Assembly (NCBI RefSeq): GCF_001194135.2
Contig: NC_068991.1
Coordinates: 76,300,321 to 76,364,320, forward strand
Source of the DNA: Octopus bimaculoides
Lineage: Eukaryota
Reading direction: 5' to 3'
DNA: 64,000 nt
The notes below the pieces were generated by a model. That model searched no databases. It was given only the letters and a program-made list of their open reading frames with translations, and was not told the DNA's origin. Positions 1 to 13,836 of this stretch are shown one piece after another. How positions within the stretch are numbered: the first letter of the stretch is position 1; every line of letters begins with the position of its first letter. The position numbers were made by a program, and so were the translations under genes.

Positions 1-124
1 CTACTACTACTACTACTACTACTACCACTACTAGCACTACTACTGCTGCTGCTACTGCAACTACCACTACTACAACGCATACTACTAGACGACGAATACT
101 ACTACCAGTAATCCTACAAGTAAA

Positions 125-167
<43 letters not shown>

Positions 168-243
168 CGACGATGATGATGGTGGGGTTGGTGGTGATGA
201 TGATGATGATGAGGAGGAGGAGGAGGGTGATGATGATGATGAT
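1..243. repeat. Trinucleotide microsatellite block, (CTA)n followed by (GAT)n/(GAG)n
   Basis: Direct reading of the sequence; explains ORFs 85..273 and 125..352. Confidence 0.95.
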
Positions 244-262
244 GATAATTTTAAATTTTGAC

Positions 263-333
263 ATTGGGGTCAATGTAATCGACTTAGCCCCTCCTCCTCA
301 ATTGCTGCCGTTGTACAAACATTTCAAACCAAT
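263..333 (+). mobile_element. 3' remnant of tRNA-derived SINE (family A)
   Basis: TGGGGTCAATGTAATCGACTT... matches the tail of the fuller copies at 40501 and 63303. Confidence 0.5.
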
Positions 334-2342
334 TTTAAATCCATTTCAATAGCTATTATCTACATTGACCCATTAGTTTGAAGCAAGCGATCATACTGAT
401 GTTATCTTCGTTGATTGGCGTTTTACGATTTTAAACACATCTAGAGAGATTTTTTTCTTCTTACAATTGCTTGGAAAACTTTAGTTTATCAAATATTTAC
501 GAAGACTTTGTTACGTATACGAGGCCTCAGTATAAATCTTAAATTAGGATAGCATTACATAGTTAAATATGTTAATGGAAAATGGTGTCCGTGTGGATTT
601 AACCTTAAATCTAAATCAAATAATTGTTCCGTGTGTCGATATGTTCCATTAGCATGTGGAGCGCAAAGTGTTAAATTTTCAGGTCCTCAAACAACGGCGT
701 GTGGGAATTTAGAAAATCACAGGGTGATGGGTTATTTCATATTTACAGAGAGTGTACGAGGATGTGATCCCAGTGAATAAAAGATGTCTAAGAGAGGTGA
801 TTGATATGCAGCGTGTAAGGGAGAAGCGTGTAAGAAAGAGATTGGTATGGAACTAATATACATTTGGGAAAAATTCAGAGAAATTCACAGTAACTTCTTA
901 TGAAGTGTGCATAATGCTGCATTTATATTAGGAGATCCATTATCAATACTTTACTAATGACATTTTAATTTGAATCATGATGCAGCTTGCCGTAAGAAAC
1001 CGGCGTCATTATTAGCATCTATAATAATATTTCAAACGTGTATTTTTTTATGCTTGTATCTTCAGTTTAGGATATCGATCTTAGACAAGTTAGTTTAACT
1101 TAATGATCGTACAAGTATTTATTCAACCTTATAATAATTGCATACAAAATATTAAATTTATTACACAGTTCATTGCTAAATGCTGTTTGCAGTAAATATT
1201 GTTTTCATTATACATTATACGTTGTTAATTTAATATCTACCCCTTCAATTACTGCACGTTAAGTTTATTGAACTGTCAATCCAGCCAGATATTTGCATTT
1301 TTTCCCACCTCATTCACGTATTTCTGTTTATGAACTTAAATACATTTTAAACTGATATCCATCTTTTACAATTCTTTGTTTCCAAGTCCCGAGTTAAATG
1401 CGATATCTCAATAATATATTGTGGAAAACATACTGAAATGGGATGAAGAACATAGGATACATACCAATAGATTCTAGACAAACACACCGTATGTTGTAGA
1501 AGATTTTTAATTTCTTTCATTTAAACCTCGTTACGTACCACATAAAGTATTTGTGCGGATATTGATATATTTTAATATGTATTTAGATACAATGCTGGAT
1601 ATTATCATTCCAGACCTGGTTTCTTCGTGAATATTCATATCTTCTGTATTTTAGCTTAATTTAAAGAAACGTTTACTTCGTTGTCACAGATATTCATTCG
1701 TCTACAACTCTCAACAACGATTTATGCAACGTCCGAACGGTATCCTTTATTTCGATATTTTATATTCCACACCAACGAAATCTGACTTAATACATGTTTA
1801 AGCAGAGAATATTCCAAAGCGAAAAGTAACAAGCAGTTAAGGGAATTCGCGCTTTCTACTTTTCCACGGGAATTGGATATTTGCTGACGGTTTAGATAGA
1901 AAGTCTATATGAAGAAAAAATCAGTGTCACACAAAGATTTTATGACCGTAATGAAATTCTTACAAAAGCTATGAATGGAAAAGCATTCATTTTTATAACA
2001 TAGGTGTATTAGTAACGTATACATTATGTCCAATTATGAATTCCAAAACTTGCAGCAATTGTTAACAGAAAGAATTCGAATGCGTTCAGTTTTCAAAATC
2101 TACATCCACCACATTTAGTAGTATTGCAGGTGATAAACTGTTCGTCTTGAGTTACCATTTATTTCTGAAAGAGATTAATACGCAGTCAGGATATTGCTTT
2201 CTGCTGTAGCTGTTTATCGCTAAATGAGCAGAACTAAAATGGCAGGCATTGCAATACATCTTTCGACTCATACATACAACTAATATATGAATTTTTGCAG
2301 ACTTATTGATTTTTATGTATGCGAAGATGTAAAAGAATCACA

Positions 2343-2378
<36 letters not shown>

Positions 2379-3199
2379 TATATGTATGTGTGTGTGTGTG
2401 CACTTGTGTTTGAATGTATATACGTATGTATGTGTGTATAAATTTGTATGTACACATATATTTGCATGTAAACACATATTCGTATGTATGCATGCATGTA
2501 TGTTTGTATATATGTATGCATGTATGTTTGTATGTAAGTATATATGTATCTATGTGTGTGTGTAAATATGTATGTATACGATATATATACATGTAGATTG
2601 ATAGCTAAATACATTCAGAGATAGATAACCGTCAGTAATAAGTGTGTCTCGTTGGGAGCGAGACGTAGAGCAAAACTTTCTACGCAACAACGCCGTAAAT
2701 GCTTTATTATAAAACAAATGCATTTCACCTTCTCTCTGACGAGAGAACATAGCTGTAATTGTGTCAAATCTCCTTTGATTATCAGAGAGAGAATACCATG
2801 CGTGGAGGAATTATAGCTAATAGCTATGAATAGTAATAAAATGTATTGCGTTTTCTCAATCCATCAGTTCAATTTGCATAGATATTGGTTGGCTGGTGAC
2901 TTTCAATTCATTAAATATGCATTAGTGGTCACCCATTCTACGCTCTATCTTTTCAAAATTTTCTTTACATCATGCCAGAACTATCACCGTATTGTGGCGA
3001 TTGAAAGCTAATGTCATTTTCTTCTCGCTCCAAGATGAGAAGAATTATACTATTTTACTGGTTTCAAATACTATCTCACTTTCAGCAGACACAGAATAAT
3101 ATACGAGAGAAAATTATAACTAAAATATGTATATTAGCAAGTCAGATAATTTCATACGTTTCGTTCTATAGTTATTTGAATTAAGACGAAAGATTTTTA

Positions 3200-3800
3200 G
3201 CGAGGTGTTATATAATTTTCGCAGTTTTATTCTTCCCGTACAACTTCTTTTTATCGATTTTAAAATTTGAACAAAGTTCCCCTCATTTCTAACAAATGAA
3301 AATGGATTGCCAAGTAGAAAAAAAAACTGAGTATTTCTGACATCTACCTCTCTTCGCTCTCAATGAACTTTCGAAAGTCGCAAAAACATCTTGAGACATC
3401 TGTGCTGTCTTCAGAGAAGGTCCTATTATGGAAAAATTGCACACAAATAGTTTTTATGCTTCAAGGAGGGGAAATTCCACCTTACAGACTCTGAATTTTT
3501 GACGACCTGTGCAATTTAAGACTGAAGGAACTGATCTCCAAAACTCGTGCAAAACTGGTTGAAATTTAGTCCAGCAGATGGAATGCTCTCCTGATACAGT
3601 GACCCATCATATTCATTTAATGGGTAAGATCCGTTGAGGCATTCTACTGAAACGATCCGACCCTCGACACAGCATGCTTATTCAAGACGACAACCGTTGC
3701 CCACCAGCTTACAAAATTGACCAGGAATACTATTCAAGAGCTCCTGTTGTTCTATCCCAACCACCGTAACCTCCCGATCGAGCGCCTTCAAATTATATAC
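3200..3800 (+). mobile_element. Degenerate, internally deleted mariner transposon
   Basis: Broken frames read MDCQVEKK/EYF*HLPLFA (mariner N-terminus) and LIQDDN...VLSQPP*PPDRAPSNY (decayed HDNARPH and YSPDLAPSDY motifs). Boundaries approximate. Confidence 0.75.
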
Positions 3801-4784
3801 ATATATAATTAGTGTACACTCAAACACAAACAGACGTTAGCCTTGACAGGTCACCTTACATGGTAGAAGTAACAGTCAAAAGTCCAAATCACAGTTAAGA
3901 GTAATTTCGAAGGGAATGAAAAATAAAACATTTACCATGTTTTAGAGCCGGACATTAGGTTTCGAACTTTAATTAGCAAATGTTTAAATGTACACTAATT
4001 TTATNNNNNNNNNNATATATATATATATACACTCAGACATTTACGCTACGCCTAAACACGTAGGCACAAAATCATACACACGTGTACAAACGCATAATTT
4101 CACATATTTTTGCATATATATGCCAAAATTAAATATATAAATATATGTGTATATATATATATACATGTGTGTGTGAGTGAGTGTGTGTGTGCGTATGTGT
4201 GTGTGTTTGTTTGTGTATGTGTTAAAACCAAATCCCTACACATGCACAAAATCTATTATGAATAGATATATGGTAGAGAAATACAAAAATTTACTTATGC
4301 AAATATTCGAGTCTCTAGTAAAATAAATAGCGTGTTGATTTCGATATAATTACTATCATATATTGTGTATTCTGCATGTTAACAAAGCATCTCGTACTTT
4401 CAAATATGTGTTATATTCATACCAGATGTGAGCAAAAACCAAAAACATTCCATCTTTAAATCTAAAAACTTGCTTCCGATTCCTTACATTTGTTATTAGA
4501 ACATCGAAGGATATTTTTTGTTCAGCTTTACATTCTGATATTTTTATGTATTTGTTTTAATGTTTTCTTCTAGTAATTTCTTTTGGCAATTCGGAATAAT
4601 ATTTCTCATCATCGATTTTTATTTTCGATGTTGTTGTTGTTCTCAATCTACTGAGGCTGTTTATGTGTGTTTTTTCAATGGGTGAAAAAATAAAGGTTGT
4701 ATTATTATACATAGCTGACAGATGAAACATATACACCACATACATGCATCAACATACCACACACACACACACATACGCACACAC

Positions 4785-4824
<40 letters not shown>

Positions 4825-6193
4825 AACATACATATATATAGATCGATAGACAAGTAGACAGATAGATAGACAGAGAGACAGGCAAACATAGATGCATACA
4901 TACAGACATACATACATACGTACGTGCATAAATATATACATACATTTATACACATGTAAGTAGGTAGATAGGTAGGTAAGTTAGTTGGTAGACATCAAAG
5001 GTGTCATCTTTAAGTTGGCACCAATTTAGTTGACTAGAAGTATATAACTTTTTTATAGAAACTGTGATTCTCATGGCTCAAGTTTCCTTGCTTTTGTTTA
5101 TAGAAGGAAATGTTTGTGGCGAAATACATGAGAAAGGAAGCACTGCATACAGACAGAGAGAGGAAGAGCGCGAGAGGCCGAAGTTAAGCGAGAGATATAT
5201 GTAGAATTAACAAGAGAAACGTGAACGGAGAAAATGAAAAAAATATTCCATGCAATCAATTATTGCCTTTTTCGTGATAGTTAAGGTAATCGAAGAAAAA
5301 ATATGTTAAACATATTTGACCTGTACTTGCTAAAATATATAGCAGCATGCATTAATCTTAGTATGTTTTTATACACCATTCTTTCCATTTTATGCTTGCA
5401 TATCAAAAAAAAATGGTCGAATTAACTGAATAATATGTTTTATAGCTAAAATCAAAGCAGACTGAATCATAACAAAAAAAAAAGAAGCTACACAAACATA
5501 TAATCATACATACATATATATATATCATATCATTTTTTAAATTTTATTTAATATTACATTGCATGTATATATACAAACATATATTTATATATATGCATAT
5601 TATATTTATAATTTTTATATAAATAAATATATATATGTATATATGCATATATATGAATATATATATGTATATTATATATATATGTATATTATATATATAT
5701 ATATATATATNNNNNNNNNNNNNNNNNNNNNNNNNNNNNNNNNNNNNNNNNNNNNNNNNNNNNNNNNNNNNNNNNNNNNNNNNNNNNNNNNNNNNNNNNN
5801 NNNNNNNNNNNNNNNNNNNNNNNNNNNNNNNNNNNNNNNNNNNNNNNNNNNNNNNNNNNNNNNNNNNNNNNNNNNNNNNNNNNNNNTATATATATATTTG
5901 TTTTGCATGGCAATATGACCATCCCCAAGTACAACAACATATATATATATTTATTTATTTATATATATAAATATATATATGTATATATGTATATAAATGA
6001 AGATATATATATGCATATTATATATATATATATATTGATAGAAATAAATATATGTATACATGCAATGCATATATATTTGTGTGTATATATATATAAATAT
6101 ATATATGCAAATGTGTATTTATGTAAATATATATGTTCTTTGCTTATAAAGAAAACTATGTTTACATACAAGNNNNNNNNNNNNNNNNNNNNN

Positions 6194-6234
<41 letters not shown>

Positions 6235-6906
6235 TATCATAAAAGCATACCTCTATATTCCTTTTATTATCTCTTGTCAGGAAGTTTAATATAAAGGAAA
6301 TATTTTAATCATGTTGAATGTCGTTGTACTCTTTGTGTCTCATCAATGCACGATCAGTTGTAAAGCAGTTTTATTGCAGTCTTATGTTTTGTCAAAAGAA
6401 ACAAAAACAAAACAAACATTAAAAAAAATATTATACATGAATGTGTTACCGAACTTGTTGATCGACATATTACATTGTGTGTCTCTTAAATTTGCTAATG
6501 AAAGACCTGTTCGTTCTTTTACATAGATATACAAGACAAGCGGCTGACTTTAGCAAAAACACATATAGACACACATCCGACTTATATACAGACACCGTGC
6601 ATAAATCATGGGTATGCATATAGGTATACATCTATATATAAATATTTTTTTATATTCTTTTATATAAACGCGGCACAGCAATCGTTTCGGCTTACAGGAT
6701 ATTATACAGCCTGTCATGAAAGCAATCGTTACGCCACACTTTAAATAGATACGCACACACACACACACACAGATACACACATATATAATATTTATTACAT
6801 AACTATATGTAATATATACATATACATGTATAACATATATAATACATATATATATATATATATATATGTGTGTGTATATATATATGTGTATCTATATATA
6901 TCATAT

Positions 6907-6942
<36 letters not shown>

Positions 6943-7353
6943 NNNNNNNNNNNNNNNNNNNNNNNNNNNNNNNNNNNNNNNNNNNNNNNNNNNNNNNNNN
7001 NNNNNNNNNNNNNNNNNNNNNNNNNNNNNNNNNNNNNNNNNNNNNNNNNNNNNNNNNNNNNNNNNNNNNNNNNNNNNNNNNNNNNNNNNNNNNNNNNNNN
7101 NNNNNNNNNNNNNNNNNNNNNNNNNNNNNNNNNNNNNNNNNNNNNNNNNNNNNNNNNNNNNNNNNNNNNNNNNNNNNNNNNNNNNNNNNNNNNNNNNNNN
7201 NNNNNNNNNNNNNNNNNNNNNNNNNNNNNNNNNNNNNNNNNNNNNNNNNNNNNNNNNNNNNNNNNNNNNNNNNNNNNNNNNNNNNNNNNNNNNNNNNNNN
7301 NNNNNNNNNNNNNNNNNNNNNNNNNNNNNNNNNNNNNNNNNNNNNNNNNNNNN

Positions 7354-7570
7354 GATGGGGGATTGAGGAGGAGGGGAGGAGGATGGAGGATGGAGAATAG
7401 GAGTAAGAATGAGAAGAAGAAGAAGAAGAAGAAGAAAGAAGAACAAGAACAAGAACAAGAACATGAACAAGAACAAGAACAAGAAAGAAGAAGAAGAAGA
7501 AGAACAAGAACAAGAAGAAGAAGAAGAGCAACAACAACAATGGCAGCAGCAACAACAACAACGACAACTG
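7354..7570. repeat. Compound purine-rich low-complexity repeat (GGA/GAA/GAACAA/CAA)
   Basis: Direct reading; source of the poly-E/K/Q ORFs at 6826-7675. Confidence 0.9.
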
Positions 7571-8581
7571 CTCAACTACACAACGCATGGAGAATATGAA
7601 ATGCATGTGGAACCAGAAAAAAAGGCCGATTTTCAACGGGTGGTTGAAAACTCTAATAAGAATATAAGAAATTAATTTTAAAAAATATCTAAGGAAACAA
7701 ACATGGAGAAGTAATTAGAGCTGGATAAAGCAATGGAAATTTATATTAGCTTATAGTATCGATTCGTTATATCACAATGTAAAGTGTTCGCTTAATTAGG
7801 TTTTATGGTTTATATAGATTTAAAAATGCAAAGTATGCATGAAGTATAACGCTTAATTATAATTGCAGGGTTCGTAGATATTCAGTTATTATTAGAAAAT
7901 ATATCTAAGCAGTCAAAATGATAAGTATAGAAAACGATTCTTCGTTGGTAGATTATGTTTTTGGTGAATAGTTGGAATTAAAAAGACTATTCTTTGTGTT
8001 CGGTTCGCTTCATGCATAACAGATATTCCTGCTTTTTAGGTGCAGTTCTGTTTCGGCTGTGTTGATTGGAAGCAACTAACTTTTGGAGAAAATTGTAATA
8101 GAGTCTGAGAGTTTAGTATTGTTTGTTTTTTAAATGAATATACAGTGCGATTTATGCGAAGAACCGTTTTATTTTTTTAAAGAAAATAATAAAATATTTG
8201 GTTAAGATTTCTGCTAAACTTAATTTAATACCAAGCATTTTAATTTTTTTTTATTAATTATTTGCTTAATAACTCAAGTAGTTTCTTCGCTATGTAAAAT
8301 TTTCCACTTGAATCCACTTCTTAGAAAATTATCGTAAAAATGTTTGAAACAATAACTAAATATAATCTTGATAAGTACAGTGCTTAAACAGTTTAAGAGA
8401 AAGATAATATTTTTCACTAAATTATGTCTCTAACTCGATTAGATTCTTCATGGATATTGTCCAAAATTTCTCTCAGTGTGCCATCTAAAAGCGAGTGACT
8501 TCGAAGAACGATTGTCAGCAATTGGATTAGAACGGGTGATTTTTTAAATATTTATATTTATATACCGAGACCTATTACCCA

Positions 8582-9130
8582 ATTATTAGGAAGGGGTAGC
8601 CACAACCAGACACACAGCAGGCATTCCATTCATTTCTCATCTCAAAGAGGCGAGCCCCGTTCTATGCCCGGGTCAAGGTATAGAATGCATCCCTCAGTAT
8701 CAGCAGCGAGGCCCAACAGCATATGCTGGTTTACCCCCGTCGCATCATACTGGTTCCGTACCCCTTTGAGCAACATCAAATTCACTCATCCGTCCAGAAA
8801 CACTCTCTTGTGTTCTCTCACTCCAACACTTCTACCCAAAGCTTTCCTCACTCCATTCATCCACACAAACTGAGGTCTGCCTCTGGTTCTGCTGCCTACC
8901 ACTTCTGCTTTCGCTCAGTAACAGCACATCCATCCTTCTCATCATCGTAACACTCTCTATTTCTCTCCTCTTTACCTCACTTGTACTACACCAACGCACA
9001 TTCCATGACCCCAGCACTAGGGTGAGATTAGGTGTTAACCTCCTTCCACCTCATTTTTCTTGTTGTCATTTTAAGAATATGAAATTACTAGGAGTGGATT
9101 CCCTCTCCCTTCGCTCCCACCCCTTTTAGC
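8582..9130 (-). mobile_element. Internally deleted RTE-clade LINE (endonuclease N-terminus joined to ORF C-terminus and 3' UTR)
   Basis: Minus strand LGSWNVRWCSTSEVKRREIESVTMMRRMDVLLLSE (AP-endonuclease start) abuts, in another frame, EVVGSRTRGRPQFVWMNGVRKALGR (RTE C-terminal GRP..W.DGV motif). Junction near 8908; ends in a TAATAAT tail. Confidence 0.75.
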
Positions 9131-9136
9131 CGCATC

Positions 9137-9348
9137 TTATTTCTTTATTCCCCACAAGGGGCTAAACATAGAGGGGACAAACAAAGACAGAGAAAGTAAT
9201 TATGTCCATTACACTACCCTAGTGCGTAACTGGTACTTAATTTATCGACCCCAAAAGGATGAAAAGCAATGTCAACCTCCGCAGAATTTGAACTCAGAAC
9301 GTAACGGCAGACGAAATACCGCTAAGTACTTCGCCCGGCGTGCTAACG
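9137..9348 (-). mobile_element. tRNA-derived SINE (family A, long-tail form), 5' head clipped
   Basis: Reverse complement matches the copy at 35763 (GTTAGCACGCCGGGCGAA...CTGAGTTCAAATTC...TAAGTACCAGTTACGCACT...TAAAGAAATA). Confidence 0.9.
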
Positions 9349-10035
9349 CAAGGAATACGACGGACGACGGCATTGTAACCCCCCCCCGCTCCCCATCGCA
9401 GTGGGGTCAAATGGGTAATACAAATGATTTAAGATAAATCGATTAAATCACTTTTTAAGCAGAAACGTGTCAGAATGAAATATGAAGAATTTAAATTCTA
9501 CTAAATTCATTTCCAAGATATGTAACTCTCTATTCTTCATTACTATCTTGTGGTATATATATATCTTGAGATTATGAGAGGTAATGGTGTCAAGAAGACC
9601 CAAAGGTGTCAGGTAACGCTGAGTACGTGCTTTGGACAGACTATAGTTAAGCTCCAGGTTCCGTGATTATGCGAATGAGGAGTCCAGCGTAGGTCATATA
9701 TCAACATGCGTATATATAAAAATTAACAGAATGAGATAAAAATCCAAGGCTGTGAAAGATTTCAGAACATTTATAAAGAGAAGGTCTTATAACAGTTTCC
9801 GGGATATTTTATATATACCTTCATCGAAGACGGTACGAGAAAATGGTTTAGCAATAGTTATTCTAGAGAAGATATGAAATAGAGAGTGAAATGGAGGAAT
9901 GAAAATAGACGTGAGATATGCAAGGATATTGTGTCTACAGTTCCATTATTTAAGCAGAATGTTATACACATAAGTTTCCTGTGCCTTCTGTGTAAGATCC
10001 AACATTATTTAAAATTGGTAAAAAAAAACACCTTT

Positions 10036-10342
10036 TATGCTTCGAAACCACTGGACGACTCGTTCACTTGAGTGCGCCTCATACACTCCTCTCCATACAC
10101 TTTCTGCAACATTGCGTAGGCTACTGAGCAGATATTGTCATTACAGCTTTGTCCTGGTCAATGCGATGTCCACATGCTACACACTTTCCTTCCAAGCACT
10201 GCTGAAAACAGCGGAAGTGAGTTAAGACATTAAAATTTGGTACGCATGCACAGCCGAGTTGATCTGTGCCAACCGGCTTTACTATGCGTGTTTTAGCTTT
10301 GTTACTATGGCAAGAGTGCGCATACTTATTGATCAGACCTCG
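10036..10342 (-). mobile_element. 5' fragment of a mariner transposon (TIR, 5' UTR and start of the HTH region)
   Basis: TA|CGAGGTCTGATCAATAAGT terminal repeat at 10342; downstream frame AYAMLQKVYGEECMRRTQVNE resembles mariner N-termini. Confidence 0.75.
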
Positions 10343-10462
10343 TATAGACACAACTAAGCATATATATGTATACTTATCTCTACTTAAGTATGCGCACTCG
10401 CTCGCACACAACGGACAGACACTATGTTTGCATGTATGTATGTATATATACATGCATATATG

Positions 10463-10560
<98 letters not shown>

Positions 10561-10578
10561 NNNNNNNNNNNNNNNNTA

Positions 10579-10610
<32 letters not shown>

Positions 10611-10917
10611 CATATTTACACGCACACACGCACACACAAATATATATTATTATAAGTGTACTTATATTTCATATACATATACACATATAGTATGGTGCAA
10701 TTGCGTACGAAATTATGTTCCAAGTCGAATGCTGATCTATAAATAATCACACACATAAATGCATTTATGGATATGTTAAACACTTATCTATTGATTGAAA
10801 AGTGAAACTTTGGATGCGAAGATATTTTTTCATGCAGAGAAATGAGAGAAAATTTTCAGAGCTCTATCAATCTATATCTGTAAAAAATATAGTACATACA
10901 TACATATATACATACAT

Positions 10918-10965
<48 letters not shown>

Positions 10966-11344
10966 ATATATATACATTCATACAAACGCACACATATTTA
11001 TATACATACATATATACATATATATATATNNNNNNNNNNNNNNNNNNNNNNNNNNNNNNNNNNNNNNNNNNNNNNNNNNNNNNNNNNNNNNNNNNNNNNN
11101 NNNNNNNNNNNNNNNNNNNNNNNNNNNNNNNNNNNNNNNNNNNNNNNNNNNNNNNNNNNNNNNNNNNNNNNNNNNNNNNNNNNNNNNNNNNNNNGGATTT
11201 GACTGCTATTTTTTCAGCGTGGTGGTATCTCTTGATACCCTGTATTATAACTTTAAATAATTTTAAATAATTATTACCTTTGATGGTTTTTATTCCCATG
11301 CTGACCACTTGATAAGATCAATATTTTAAATATCGATCTTATCC

Positions 11345-11390
<46 letters not shown>

Positions 11391-11585
11391 AGGTATATAT
11401 CTATATACAAACATAAATACATAGAAATACATATACATGTGTGTGTGCGTATGTGTGTGTGTGTAATATATGCATATATCCATACATATACGTGCATGCA
11501 TTTCCAATAAATTGATGAATAATGAATAACCACCATTCACCTCAGACACACCCTCTCCCATGAAATACCTGCGCCTACTACCCTA

Positions 11586-11809
11586 TCAATAAGTAACTTG
11601 AATCGTGATTATAAGAAAACCTGCGGTGGTACAGACACGAAACATTGCTTCACGATGTTCTGTCAAACTTATTGAATTTAAAAAGTTTCCTGAACTCTTA
11701 GAAATTCTTGAAAACGATAGAATTTTTGTAGACTTTGTCAGCGTGTTTTGAAATAAAATATTTAAAAGATGAAAATTTCTAAATTCATCAATATTTATGC
11801 TTTCAAAAT
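11586..11809 (-). CDS. Candidate coding exon, unknown product
   Basis: Open frame FESINIDEFRNFHLLNILFQNTLTKSTKILSFSR... after atacag; phase-compatible with exon 12477..12528. Acceptor and donor are weak. Confidence 0.25.
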
Positions 11810-12064
11810 CTGTATATATATTGACATTGTTTTTGATCATTTAAAATGTCTGAATCGTTATTTCTGTAGAAAATCTACATAGGAATTTTTTTATGGCATT
11901 GTGTACAGGGCATAAACATGAACTCTGTATTCATCCAGAATATAATGTTTGTGGGTGACAGAGCGTTTCAAAACTAGACGTTGTGTTAGTGCAATTTAGC
12001 AGGAATTCGCAGATCCAAGAAGGTAATTGTAGAGAGAGAGACAATAGATTGCACAGGTCACAAA

Positions 12065-12178
12065 GGCGGCGAGCTAGCAGAACCATTAAGTACCAGTCGC
12101 GTACTGGGGTCGATCTAATCGACTGGTCCCCCTCCGCCCCAAAAAATTTCGGGCCTTGTGCCTAGAGTAGAAAAAACT
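12065..12178 (+). mobile_element. Internally deleted SINE (family A head fused to tail, B-box lost)
   Basis: GGCGGCGAGCTAGCAGAA joined directly to TTAAGTACCAGT...GGGGTCGATCTAATCGACT. Confidence 0.8.
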
Positions 12179-12476
12179 TGGCAAACACAAACACTCACTC
12201 TGACAACCACCACAGATCCGCATATACACACACTTCTCTGAAACACCTACACTCACACACACACACGCACGCACACAAGAAGCGATAATCTCCACAAGTG
12301 ATGAGGCTTGTGATGACGATTCATTAATTAGCAGTAAAACCTGCACGCATTTGTTTGTAAATCAACACCACAATACCTTGAATCCCCTTCACAATCAAGA
12401 ATACTCACACACACATACAAACACACACACAACCATGCCGAAACTCACGCTCAACCCGTCACGAACAACCACTTAC

Positions 12477-12528
12477 ATAAAAATCTATAACGATTTACAA
12501 TAGCAGTGAACGACGTATATGGATGACG
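12477..12528 (-). CDS. Candidate 52-nt coding exon (RHPYTSFTAIVNRYRFL), unknown product
   Basis: gtctttacag acceptor, GTAAGT donor, open in phase 0, compatible with exon 13612..13686. Confidence 0.4.
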
Positions 12529-13611
12529 CTGTAAAGACTGCGTTATTAGATATAAACTGATCTAAATGAACTAAATGCGAGAAAGGAATGCTTCATTAGA
12601 ATCGTTTCAATATTGGTGACTTATAGGTGTATAGCGAATGCTCCTAATTAAAGGACCCTCATGACCTTAATAGTTGGAGCTCATCAATAGGCTTGGGTTG
12701 AATGCTAATTAATTTATTTTGCATTGACAAATCATTGCCACAGCATATATTTCTATGCCATAACCGACCAAACTACAAATGCGTGAATGCTTCATCACTC
12801 TCTATGCCTGACTGTTCTTTGTCCCCTTCTGTTTGTTATTTTTGAATGTGAATAAGGGACATACATACATAGAAGCAAATTTGGGGATAAGCAAATTAGA
12901 CAGATCATCACCATATTTGCCTCTATACCAGCTCAAGTTTGAATATTTTGAGCACTACTAAGTGTACTCTATACTGAGACAATGTGGATATCATCTATGA
13001 ATTATATTAATGCGTACATACATTAATACATACATACGTACATACATATATACATATACTTACATATGCATTCATGCATATATGCGTGTGTTTGTGAACG
13101 TGGCTGCATTTCTAGTCTCCTGTAATGTCCTCTGTCAGAAATATACTCCTATACTACGTCATAGACTTCAACCTCGGACCGCTACGCATTATTCGTCACC
13201 CACTCACATTCAGTGTTTCAACTAATCTACTTAATACCCAATAAACTAAAATTGACCTCGGAACAAAAATTACTTTATGCAGAAGTTTAATTCGGCTCGC
13301 ATCGCTTCTCATTGATTTTTCTTGTTAAATAAACAAATTAACTATCATTAAATTGAAATTATATTCAGTCATATCTATATCTTTTTGAACTAAAAATATT
13401 GATTGTCCAGACTACATTTATATATATTCATAGGCACAGAAGCACGCACAATTGAGGGTATACTGTATAAATAAGGATAGATCAAAACAAGCAACTAAAA
13501 GTGATCAACACCATAACATCTACCTTGCTATACACAGGTCATAAATGGGACATCTATAAATAAAATCAGCTACCAGTAAACGCAGTTTCCATTTCGTTTT
13601 AACATTCTTAC

Positions 13612-13686
13612 TACTTTGAGAAGCCGCGTAACGTGATAAAAATCACTGAATCGGTCACTGGGCAATATATCCAATCTATCTTTCAT
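13612..13686 (-). CDS. Candidate 75-nt coding exon (MKDRLDILPSDRFSDFYHVTRLLKV), unknown product
   Basis: Strong acceptor gcttttatactttttgcag and donor GTAAGA; only phase 0 is open. Confidence 0.55.
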
Positions 13687-13781
13687 CTGCAAAAAGTATA
13701 AAAGCATAAAGTTTTCTCATTCGCCGTTATAGAAGTTACTGAAGGAAGCATTACACACACACACACACACACACAATCACG

Positions 13782-13836
<55 letters not shown>

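Noticed and set aside
6675-6725. Minus-strand GGCT..AGCC-GAAAC hammerhead-like remnant
   Set aside because: The CUGAUGA core has two changes (TTCATGA) and no helix I could be formed.
7409-7675. Poly-E/Q ORF resembling a low-complexity protein tail
   Set aside because: Built from GAA/CAA microsatellites next to a gap, with no splice support.
10121-10345. RING-CH-like Cys/His pattern in ORF 10121..10453 (GCAC...THFRC...CVAC)
   Set aside because: The DNA is the TIR and 5' UTR of a mariner remnant; the pattern is an off-frame translation.
12297-12380. Two GTGATGA (box C-like) motifs suggesting a C/D snoRNA
   Set aside because: No box D (CTGA) or terminal stem at a suitable distance.
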